A stretch of 64,000 nt of DNA from Haplodiscus bocki (Eukaryota): positions 46,500,001 to 46,564,000 of the forward strand of contig OZ296657.1 in the NCBI GenBank assembly GCA_965655095.1. Direction: 5' to 3'. The notes beneath the pieces were generated by a model. That model worked only from the letters and a program-made list of their open reading frames with translations. It was not told the DNA's origin and made no database searches. A program made the position numbers and the translations under genes. Positions 24,790 to 36,500 of this stretch are shown here, one piece after another (position 1 is the stretch's first letter; every line of letters begins with the position of its first letter).

Positions 24790-25822
24790 CACGATTGGTC
24801 CCAGCGGGGTGTTTGAATTGGGAAAGAGTCAAAATATCGTTCCATTTGGAAATGTATGTTTCTCTCTTCATCAGACAAAATCCTCTACCTTTATCTTAGG
24901 GAACTGCTAAGATACCGTTGTCTTTGAGCCATTTTTTGACTTTGATTTTTTCGTTGTTTTGTCTCGTTTCACGCAGTTTTTTGGTATAGCCTACGGTCAG
25001 GGAATTAATCTGATTGATCACTTTCGCTTCTACATTCTGCGATATGCAATCAGATAACAGGATATCGATATTAGCAAGGAAATGTTGTTCATTGAACTTT
25101 GTTTGTACCGGGTGTCAAGGGCCATACTGTAGCACCTTTTCTATGATTTGGGGCGCGGATATGTTATCCAATACAGTCAGGTAGCCAATCGTGTTCAGCT
25201 CTGGCCGATCTTGTTCAGAACACAGGCTATGCAATTTTCGTAAAAGTTGGGTTTTCGACTTGCTCATCTCATGTCTGCAATGCCAACGAACGTGAAACCA
25301 GATGCTAGGCCATAAGGACTCCTTCATGGAGCTTTGTATTTTTCCCCGGCTTTGTTGCAACTTGGTCTCATAGTCCACTTTCTTCATTCTTGTTTTCTTT
25401 AGTTCTTGTTTCAACAGTCTACCTTGAAAAGTTCGGACCATCTCGTGATCGAAACAACCATTATTTGGAATGCGAAACTTCAGAAACTTCGGTATTACTT
25501 TCTTCTCAACACATTCAGACAGAAACCACACTCTCTGGATGTTGCTCTGTAACAGCACATAACTGAGACGATAGCCATAAAATAACTTCTTTTAGATCAT
25601 GTGGATCTAACTCCCACATGAGTAGACGTAAGGTTAGAGTACATTGTGCTTTGAAATTAGAACATATTAAGAACAATGTCTTTGGCAAAAGCTTTTCGAT
25701 CATTTCAGATCATCATCAGTGCATCCATTTAACATATCTGTAACAAATTTTTGTACGTTAAAATGTCCAAGTTTTTCAATGAGAAAGCATCTTTGAACAG
25801 GTTTACTGCTAGAACTTTATGA
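24790..25822 (-). mobile_element. Penelope-like element 5' fragment (pLTR plus ORF N-terminus)
   Basis: FLSECVEKKVIPKFLKF, LQYGP and DKGRGFCLMKRETYISK are typical of the PLE N-terminus. 25664-25822 is homologous to 12066-12205. Confidence 0.82.
25685..25722 (-). ncRNA. Minimal type-I hammerhead ribozyme in the Penelope pLTR
   Basis: Minus strand reads GCA CTGATGA T GATC TGAAAT GATC GAAA AGCT T T TGC: 3-bp stem I, 4-bp stem II and palindromic AAAAGCTTTT stem III. Confidence 0.78.
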
Positions 25823-28800
25823 TATATGAAATAAAATATATGTGGAAAGATCGTGGGCCTGGGAAACCCACAAAAGGTAAGGTAGCAGCAAATCATAAAT
25901 TGCTTGTGGGATGATCAGAGAAACGAATTTATTGAACGACTTCTTTCAAAACATCGGGTGTTTCAAATATCTTTTCAATTTATATATTCATAGTCATTTT
26001 TACACAGAATTTTCAACCCAGAAGAAATTAAAATGAGCGAAAGATTAGATTTACGACTTATATTGGCCATGTTTTGTTTTACCCACAGATGAGGGGTCAG
26101 GTTGGCTTCGAATCTTTGTAATCCTTGAATTGCTGCAGGGCTTAAAACGCAATTTTGAAGTCTCAGTGGTAATGAAAGACATCTTCTCTTAAATAAAGCT
26201 CTGACATGCCGAGAACTTTGTCGTTATCAGGGCATTATCTGTGAAGCGTTTGAGACACTGGATGGGTTCAAATTTCGAGTTCTATGAAATCTGTTGAGTG
26301 AACGCTTGAGAAAAACAAACACGAATAACAAATTTTAGAACTCCAATATTTTCTACAAGTTTGCTGATTCTTAATCGAGTGTATTCTATAGCTAGTGCTA
26401 CGACATGGACGTAACTGCACCAATCAATGCACCTCCAATTGGTTTTTGGCGACAGTCAAAATCATCGACATGTCCGGGTCTAGTCAGGAAAGACTGTGAT
26501 TGAACAAGGCTGGGCCTTCTTTCGAGTATCGTTCCATCGTTAAATTTTCATTAAATTTCCATAATCAAGGTATTTGTTTTAACAGTAGTTCACTGAAAAA
26601 ACAGTATGCTCATCCCCAACATGTGCACACCAGACCGTTCAACACCAAGCTATGCATTTTTTTAGCTTATGGCTTTCAAATACGAAAGGAAACAAACATT
26701 TGGGAGGGAATTTGAAGTGAATCATCTTTTTAGAAATTGTCTTTGGGTTGAAGATCACAAGGTTTCAAATCAGTATCGCTTGGTAACTACTGTAGTTGAG
26801 ATTGAGAATTGCCTAAACAAAGAAATTCTGGTCTTTGAAATTGACCGACGCTAATTATACCTTGAGCGATGTCGACTTTCATTGATCTCAACTCCTAACT
26901 GCTCGCAGAAGTGATAATTTCCTACCTGAAGATGTACAAGAAAATTCAAGCTTCTTTAGTTAAGTATTTCCCGGGAAAAACTCTTCGTTCCTCTCGTTTT
27001 GTCGAAGCTGAGGAAGATCTCCAGTTGACTGTCATTTCCGTCGGTAGCGCTCAAGCTGACCGTTTGATTCACAAAATCAAAACATTCGCCCGAAAAGTGC
27101 GTAAATACCTTCGAACAAGCTCCTCGGATTTTTGAAAAAACTCCGAATTCTTTTGTTGGAGTTTTGCACGAAGGAAAAGCACGTAGTACAGATTGTCTGG
27201 AAAAGAGACATGAAGTATAATGAAACAGTTTGAGGTTTGATGGTTGCTGGAAACTGCCAGCGAGGGTCCAGCCGGGATGACTGTCAGAAGTGTGGAAAGA
27301 GGACTGGAGAAAAAGACTACGTCCAATGTGAAAAATGCGAATCGTGGTTACATCTATCCTGTACCTCACTACCCAGAGAAGTCTATCCATTTCTGTCAGT
27401 TTCTGAAAATATCTCCTTCTGTCGGAAATGTGAAAGCTGCAACAATAGAACTTAAAATCTAATATCAGTCATATTGGACATCCTTACCCAGGAGCTATCG
27501 AAAATTCCTCAAGACAGCCCCAGTATAGTAAAGGCATTCGCTTCCAATACCGATACTCAAAAACCAACCTTCGACAAAAGAAAGATTACTGGAAATCGTA
27601 AACGCGGGCTACCGGAACAAACGGGCACAGAGGCGGAGAAACTTGAAAAAGACAAGTCCGCAATTGAAGATGTTCTGACACACATTGGCGTGCCAGCACG
27701 CATCACGGATATTAAAAGGATCGGAAAAGCAAATGACAAACGTGCGAGACCACTGATATGTGATGTCGACAGTGTTTGGCACAAGAGAATGATACTGCTA
27801 TCACTCGTGAAAATGAAGTCGTACTCGCAACACCTTTTCATATCACGAGAACCGAATGCTCTCGACTGCTAAACAGATAACGAATCCCTGAAGAAAGGCC
27901 GAGAACTGCTCCTAAACAACTACCCCAAAGTAGATCTCCGAATGCGCAACTTTAAGCTATACAAGAAAGAAAACGGGCAAAAGATTGAAGCATGACTAGC
28001 ACCGATATTGTTCCCAAGATTTATGTTCACAAACGCGCGTTCGCTGAAGAAAACCAGAGCCCTCGCTGAGCTACATGCTGACCTGATTGCGTGTGAAATT
28101 GATGTATCCCTAATATCTGAAACATGGTTCGAGGTGCAAACCAGATCAAAAAGCATTGAAATCCCAAAGGATACCATTCAGCGTGTGGACCGTAATTCTA
28201 CCAATTCTGCAAAAAGCATTGGCAGTGGCGTAGCATGCTACTCGAAGGCAACAATGGCCGTCAATAAATTGAATGTAATTGGACCTGAGGACTTTCAGCT
28301 GATGTGGTTCTTGAGCAGGGCACTGAAGCTGTACCTAGCAGTAGTGTACTACTCGCTAGATGCAACGAACGGAAAATTGCTGTTGAGTCATTTGAGAAAC
28401 GGTATCGAAAAACTAGCGGTAGAAACCACCGGGTACAACTTTTTCATTGGCGGAGATTTCAGTCACCTCGAAGCCAGCGAATGAACAGAAAATACTCACT
28501 GCACTTGCATTAAATTTTCAGGCACCAGAGGCAAGAAATAACTGGACAAAGTTTTGGTTTCAAATAAAAGTTTAATTGATCAAGCAGAAACCCTTAGGAC
28601 GTTGTCCAACACAGATCATCTCGCCATCATACTGCACCCCAAGAAACCAACAAAACCGGAGCGACGGAAGATAAATTTAAGTGACTATCGCATTCTGAAG
28701 GGACAGAGGATGAATTTACCGCCAGAAAGACATGTTTTTGACGCTTTGTTCCCGGTAACGGACCCCACGACTGCAACAGAAGCGCTAGTGACAGCTATTA

Positions 28801-30414
28801 CTGCAGAACTGGACGAGCACTGTCCAATGCGTTCGGTAAAAATGTCATCGATAGACCCAACATATTTGAGCCCACTACTGAAAATTCTACTACAGAAGAA
28901 ATACAAACAAAAATCTGACAGCGGAACACAGAAGTTGAAAGAAACTGAGAAAAGAATCCAGAGCACGAATATCGCGAACACTGAATGCGCAAAAAACAAA
29001 CCTGGATCTGATTTTGGTGGAAGACAACCAATTGTGTGCTCGGGTAGGTGAAAAGATGCTCAACAGCGATGGACTTCGACGTGGATGAGATGAATCAATA
29101 TTTCGCAGATGTTTGCAGGGACGAGGATTATCAGCCTCCAAGAAAGACAGATACTCGAGGAGCGCCACCATTGGAGGTCTCGCCACATCTCATGTACCGA
29201 GTGCTAGGGAAAACGAGAGACACTTAACCTGGGAAACATGGAAGACATGCCTCGGTTTTCCGCGAGAAGGCACAGAACCTTACATCCCCACCCAAGCACA
29301 TCATTGATCACTGTCTCGCTCAAGGGAAGTTTCCCTCTTGATTGAAGATGTCCAAAGTCACTCCTTTACCCAAAGTTGCAAGGCCGGAAGTCCGAATGAT
29401 TTAAATCCCATTGCAATTACCCCAAATATGTCCTGGATAATGGAAAGAATAGTGATCAAAAGCTTCGTTGCCACAAACTACGAGGAGAAAATGGAGGCGC
29501 GCCAGCATGGATTCCGAGTAGGAGGATCTACTGTGAATGCATTCATACGACTGCAGAATGACTCTTGCCACTTTCAATCAGTGGGATTTGACTATGTTCG
29601 GATCCTCTCATTTGACTTTTCAAAAGTATTCGACAAAACGAAACACAATTTCCTGGTTGAAAATTTTTATGGCTGTCAACTTCCTTATCAAAACAAAAAC
29701 TATTCGCTGTTTTTCTCACTGATCGAAAGCAATACGTGACCATGATTGGTCTCGTTTTAAAGATGCATTCCTTCGACCTAAGAGTGATTCAGGAAACAGT
29801 GAGCGGACCACGATTTTTCAAATACTACAACAACGATCTCTTCACAGATGCGGAAACTACGAGGCATTCTAAATTTGCTGATGACACGACCATTGCCACT
29901 GCTGGATACGTCGACACTGGAGACGAAACCTATCAAAGCTTGTGTTCGGTCTTTGAATGGTGCCAATATACAATTTAAGTCTTAACACAAGCAAATGTCG
30001 AGAGCTTCTTGTGCAATTTAAGAAAAGACACGTAGAGTGCCTGACGTATATTCCACGATGCGAATAATTGAATCTCCTGGGCGTCCATGTTGACACAAAC
30101 TTCGGCTTCAAACCCACATTGAGAGATTATCCTTGAAATTCAGACAATTAACGTTCCAGATTAATAAGATCTGAAAGCATGCATATAGCATCAGGGAAAG
30201 GCGACATATGTTCAACGTCTTTATTTTGCCGCACATTACATATTGTGTGTCCGTCTACGGAGGAGTCCCCAAAAATCACCTGAAGAAAATTTTCTCAGCC
30301 ATTAGTTTCGCAAAAAAGTTACTACACGTCACAGACGATACTGATTTCTACAAAATATTACAACAATTTGATTGCAGAATGCTTACAAAAAATTTTGGAA
30401 ACGGAGAAACACAT

Positions 30415-30942
30415 TGTAAAAAGGTTTGGAGGTCTTTGTTTTAATTCGATATCTTTTCTCTTCTGGTCTTTAGACTTGGATTTCTTCTTTTGGTGGCTAT
30501 CTTCAGTGAGTGGTGTGAGGAAAAATTCAGTTGATGAGTTGAAGAATTAGTTTTCAAAGTGCAGCCAACTTTTCAGTAGCTTTCACAATTCAGCTATCTT
30601 CAAATAGCTTTTTTTACAGCTTATTAATTTCTTCCATCTATTCTTTTGTCATCATGCGGAATTTAAAATTCAAAAAAAATTATCTTCAATATGTTTTCTT
30701 TGTATTTCACGTCAATGCGGATATTAAGGATTTATGTCCTGTCCACTTTGTTCTTTGGTTGCTCAATTCCTCGGATATTTGTGTTTCCGTTCACTGGAGA
30801 GTTCATTACTAAAATGTAAAATGTCAGATTTTAAGAAATTGAGTTGCGCCAAAATTTAAGGATTTAGTATTGAATCGATTTAGGGTCAAGCATTCCCGCA
30901 TTGTATAAACTAAAGGAAAACAATATTCATCACAATATTACA
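30415..30942 (-). repeat. 3' LTR of the Gypsy element
   Basis: Diverged direct repeat of 42169-42695 with TG...CA ends. Confidence 0.9.
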
Positions 30943-30959
30943 CTAGCCGACCTTAAATT

Positions 30960-33162
30960 TATTCCTACAGCCTCATTTGATTTTACGGGATTTATCATTA
31001 ACGCTTGCGTGCAGGTTATATTTTTCATACTCTGTTCATCTGTCGGTTGATGTTTGCGTATGTAGGTGCGATGTCTTCTTCGCTAGGTGCGGCTTCCATC
31101 AGTTGTGATTCGGGTAGCTATAGACTTTGATTGAGCGATTGAAATATTCCATCATTGTGCACCCGATCCAAATGTTGACCTTCTACCAGCGTAATTGGTC
31201 TGAGAGAATTTTTTGGTTTATCAAGCTTGTGAGAGAAGGGTTGAAATTTGTGAAGCTTCTTATATCTGTTTAGGCCAATTTTCAGTCCCAAATGTAGTAG
31301 TGTCCTAAGGATGAATACTGCAATTCAGATCACCAAATGACGTTTCCACGAAATATAGTTATTGAATTGTTTCTCGAATGAGGGCTTCAGCATTGTCAGT
31401 TTCTGTGCGATAGGTTCAGCTATTTATGGAATACTCTTTTTGCAGCCATATTGTGGTTGGGCTTGTATTTCAAGGTTTACAGACTTGAGAAGTTTCATAT
31501 TGGCTTCAACTTTTGTGTCATAGTATGGTAATTCGTCCACGGTTAGTAGTAGGCTGAATAAGTTAGCCATTGGTTCGGGTAGTTCCACATCCAGTTTCAC
31601 TAGTGGAACCTATGCACATGATGATAGGTCTGATCGGGTTCTGATAATTTCACCTGTCAACTGCTTTCCACATTCTATTGTTATCAGGCAAAATCTACTC
31701 ACTTTGACCGTTTTTGAGCATGCTAGATTGGTAGCATCCATATAGTTATCCTTGAATTCGAAGTTCGCTTGCGTTGAAGTTATTAACCATAGTCCATATA
31801 CCACATTTGTTGGTTTAACTTTCAGTGGTCGGGGTACAAGAACTGTGTCGCAAACTTCGAGAACATCCATATTTTTTCCGAAGTATAAAGTTGCTAGACA
31901 TGAAGAGTCTTTGTTTTCCGTTGCCAAGGTTTTATCACAAAAGTGATACTTGTTTGAACTAATACATTTGTCCAGTTGAACTCGCGTTACTAGTGAAGTT
32001 TCCTTCAAGTTTTCCGTTACTGACAAACATTCAGGTTCAATGTTCCCTTTAATTGCCATATCTTTGTCCATTTGTGTTAGAGGTACCACTATTGCTTTGT
32101 ACAATGTTAATGCTGTTTGTCGTGATCCAAACTGTATTGCCATTGTCATTAATAGACCATCATCCAGAGTCAATACATCCAATAATATACAAGGTTCATA
32201 ATATGCCAGAAGTTCTTGTTTCAGAACAGGCAATGTAAGTCGGTTATCCGATCTCTGTTAAGAGTCCTCAACCAGTTTCAAAATCTGTTCCAAAAATTCT
32301 TTATGTAAGTGGGACACAGGAACATATTTTGAAAAAAGAGAGGGAATACCGTTCATTATGTTCGTATGGATTGCAAATGGAGCTGCTGGATAGGCTTTGA
32401 TATTGCTGTAGACTATTTCAAGGAAGGAGGATATTGTATCAAAATTGAAGTTCGCCTGCTGTCGTGTAAAAAAATGTTAGTGGCAATTGCGCACGACATG
32501 AACATTCTCCCGAAACACTTGGAAATTTGTCTCGGTCTTTTGCCACTTTTGGTTTTGAGGTCTATTATTTGGTTTGGGATTTCATGCAGACGAGCCAAAT
32601 CTTTTGAGATACGGAAAAATTTCTGGTCTGTTGCGTTGGCATTGGTTTGAGCCTTTTCTTGGCAAGAGCCAAAAAATCCATGATGCCACTATCATCTGAT
32701 GCACCGAACATGATTGTTGTTCCGAATAATCCTACGGCGCCTGCTATTGCGGCTGCTTTAGTTTGTGCTCGTTTGGTTCGTTGTTTTTTTCTAATTTTTT
32801 GTACCCTTCAGAAAAGAGGACACCTCTCGGTTTGTTTTCTTCAGGTTTTTGTCGGCAAACGAAATTTCCTTCTCTGTTTCTTGCAAAAGCCAATCTACCT
32901 TGAAATCATTCTCGCTCGTGTTTCTAAAACTTATGTAACATGTATAGGTTGGAATTTGCCGCATGGTTTGTGACTCAGTTGCCACCTTGTCTAGGCTTTC
33001 TGTTAGTTGAATGTCGATTTTTAGTTACTTGACTAGGAGTTGGACGTTTATAATATTTTCTGCCAAATGAATTTTTGCCTCTTTAGGAAAAAATACTCCC
33101 CTCTCAAGACTACCTTTGTCTTCTGCTGCGACTAAAATGACAAGCAGGAAAAATGGACTCAT
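30960..33162 (-). pseudogene. Envelope / class-I fusion glycoprotein-like ORF of the Gypsy element
   Basis: Signal peptide MSPFFLLVILVAA, furin site RTKR (32769-32780) followed by hydrophobic AAAIAGAVGLFGTTIMFG, Cys-rich ectodomain (31610-32233), and TM-like IAVFILRTLLHLGL near 31300. Confidence 0.8.
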
Positions 33163-36088
33163 TTTGAAGGAGATTTTTAAAAGACTCATTTTCACCGATG
33201 ACGTAGTTATATTTCAAATAAAAATCTTTTTTGTGTTAGAATACAATTAAATGTAGAATATTTCGGGGCTATAATTGTGAATCAAGTCCGTTTATAGTTC
33301 ATCATTCAGATATTCCAATAGTTCATCTAGTTTGTTTTTATAAACGGACTCTGATGCCAGTGATTTCGAGTATTTTTTGAAGGTGTCATAAAGGGTGTCA
33401 TATTCAATACTGTCACTTTCAATTTCCATTTAGTAGGGTTCTTTGTGGGCTTCGAAGACTTTCATCCGGATAACAGGACAACATACACATTGCTGTAGCT
33501 GGATAGTAATAATGTAAGTTGGGTCTTCTGTTTCGGGTGCTGTCCTTTGCAGATGTACGTAGAATTGTAGCTTGATTGGTCTCAATTGCCAGTGAACTGC
33601 AATAGTCTTTTCCATTCTGGTTAATGATTAGTTGTAGAAATGTCTGTAAAGAGATTTGAGTGTTTTAGCTGATTTTCAAACAACTCCGGCTACTCTTCAG
33701 ATAGTTTTTTGCCGCGCAAAAAGTTCGAGGTTTTCAGGACTTGGATTTCTCAAGAAAGTAGATTGAATAACCAATTTGTGGGGAAGTTGTGTCTAGAGTG
33801 ATTATGGAAATTGTGAACGATTGTTATTGAAAATTGAAACAAAGTCGGTGTTTTGGCGAATATTAGACTTGATGTAGGCGTGACTGCAACGGATATCAGT
33901 TTTTGTTGGTATGGGTTTTGAAATTTGTTTGGGCAGATTTTAGCAGATTGCCAGGCCTGTCAGTTTTGCAGACGGAGTTTTTGGAATGCTAGCTCTTAGT
34001 TTGTTTCCGTCTACCTATAAAGATAATTAGCGTTTTCAAAAAGTTGAGTTTCTATGAAATGTACTAATGCGTCTAGTTCTGTTGGATTAGTGGAGATGTA
34101 GAGGCAAGCAGTTTGTAAAAACTAACGAAATTCTTGCTCGTTTTTGAAATTTCCAAGATCGCTTTTTGTGCGTTTTTGACCGTGGTTTTAATAATGAGAA
34201 GTCCCAGAGGTTCACAACAGGAAATTTTCTGCCATTGGATTCGGTGTATTGTAAGCAGAATATTTTTCCAGGTGGTTTCCACTGTAAATCACCGTCAAAT
34301 AACTCCGTTTTTGCGTTCTGGGTTTTTGTCTGTTTGCACGTTGGTTAGAAATTTGTAGAAGTGTGGTTTTTGCGAGCGGATCACTAGAAGAAATTTAGCT
34401 ATTATAAGTTTTAGCTACGGATATTAATGTCAGCGGCGTTTGTTAGGTGTTGTTTGTGATTTTTATTAGCTGTTTTCTCAGTAATAACCTTATGTGAACA
34501 TTGTCATATAACCAGAAATGAGCCTAACTTTGTGTTTTTTTGCTCAATTTATGAGCTTTTTTCCACCTGTTTTGGGTGACGTGTTTTGGAGGCGGATGTT
34601 GCCGTTCTTGTATCACGTGATTTTCAAACGAAAAGCTTTGAAAAGCTGGAAGCATTTCTTGACGAGCCTCGTCTCGTTTTTAGTCTGCAGCTTTTTCGAT
34701 TTGTTTCCAGTGTTTCTTGATACTTTTTGATAAGTGTTCTTTATTTTTTTTCGTTTGTAGTTTAGATAATATTACGTATTTTAGTTTGTTGCCCTGAATA
34801 TTGGTTTGAGATAGGTTGAGAGATAGTTTTGTTTTTAATGTCTTAGCGGTTTCTAAAATGTCATTGCAAATGGAACAATTCGACCTGTTATTGGAGTAAT
34901 GTCGGCTGCATTGGACAGAGGTTGATGCAGTGTCTACCGTCGAAACTGCCCAGTTTCAAAAAGTCAACATAGAAAGGGTCCATACGTGTTCCTCCAAAAT
35001 TTCACAATGACAAGAAATTGTAGTTAATTCTATCGATTTAACAGAAACTTTACAGTCCTTTACCGATTGGCGTGGGGAGAAGTATAACCATCAATCTCCG
35101 GATCCCAAACGCCTGACTGCTCTCATGCCCAAAGGTAATGTGAAAGACGTGTAAAGTAAGTTTTGTTTTTCTTTCTTCTTGTATGTTTTCTCAAGATTGA
35201 ATTTTTGCGATTAGGTTTCGGCGTGTTAGGGTTAAGCTCACGTGGAGTTTGTACAGTATTTTTTGTAACCTAACTTTAGGACTTCTTCTAGGGAAGTAAA
35301 AGTTTATTGTGTCATAGGTAATTGTAGGAAGATTAGAACGTTTTTGACGAAGCGTGTATATGAAGGCTATTTCAAAAATACCCTATGCTCTAAATCATTA
35401 TCTGAGCGAATCATAGGAAGGCTTAACGTTCTTCTTTTTTGTTGTTTTTGTAGGTTTCGCAGTGTCAAAATGTTGGAAATTGAGTACTAAAGGGGTAGGT
35501 TGCTTATCTTCAAAACCTTAAGGAGAATTGACAGTCGCTTAATCATTGAAATGTGCCCTATTGTTTAGGAAAGGTTCCGGGTGAAGCGTAGAAGTTAATT
35601 TTGTACGTACTTCCACTTTTTGTGTGACGTTCGCAGTGACAATGTTTGGTAACTTGTTGTCCGTTAGAAAAGATTTTTGTTTTTTGCATTTTGCAGAAAA
35701 TACTTCCTAGCAGCATCTGCGGATACACCATATTGTGTATCAGAGCTTTTGAGCTGCATGTTGAGCTATTCTCTCGAAAAACGTTTTGTATTGTCCTAGG
35801 GTTCACAATGGCACAATATTCACAACTAAACTTTTTGAGTCTTTAACAGTTACAAGTGACCGATTCCCCAATGTGCATTGTCTAAAAAATTGTCCATTGT
35901 GATTATTTGTAGAAATATTTCATTCCGCGTGTTTTCCTGGGTGTCTTTTGTTGTCAACTCTTGTAGTGTTTCTGGTCTTCTACAGGTTTGGGTTGACTGT
36001 TGCAGTTCGTTTTGTGTCTTCTCCAGTGCTCCTCCGTTCAGTGTCTGTCTAGCAGGCAGTTCCGTTTCGTTAGCTTATCGTTCTTAAC

Positions 36089-36500
36089 ATAAACTGTTAT
36101 ATTTACGTCCGCTTGTTGGAAAACTTCGTGTAGAATTTTGTGCACTATTGATGTTTCAATTTTATCTAGGCTGCATTCAAGATCTGGTAGTCGAATGTTT
36201 TTCACGCGATGAGCCTAAGCGTGATTGCGCATCAGAATAAGGCTGTTCTTTACTGATTCATAAATTGGTTTGTGAAAGTATTTTTGTTTCGTTACCAAAT
36301 TGTATATCCATCTTCGTGACTAAAAGTCGTAATATGCAAACACTGATCCAGGTGTTAGTGCTGTGGAAGCTTGATCTTTCATTTGCGAGTAGAGTCGGTT
36401 CATTTGCTTGGCGATAATTGCTTCCGTGAAAAAAAAGAGAAACGCAGTGTCCCATGCTGGGTGAACTTCCAGAAAAATTACCTTCTACTATTGTCACTTG
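36089..36500 (-). pseudogene. TARG1/OARD1 (Poa1p-like) macrodomain downstream of Gypsy integrase
   Basis: Frame-corrected translation: VTIVEGNFSG..SMGHCVS...IIAKQM...RWIYNLVTKQKYFHKPIYESVKNSLILMRNHA..H.VKNIRLPDLECSLDKL...VHKILHEVFQQADVNITVY. Confidence 0.85.

Noticed and set aside
23843-24871. 342-aa ORF as a single gene
   Set aside because: It is a chance in-frame fusion of a Penelope fragment and a deleted LINE RT fragment.
26084-26120. Hammerhead-like CAGATGA...GAAT with a pairable stem II
   Set aside because: Two core positions deviate, and the CACAG is better explained as a splice acceptor after a pyrimidine tract.
35550-35920. Second macrodomain (DNFLDNAHWGIGH)
   Set aside because: No downstream macrodomain motifs in any frame.
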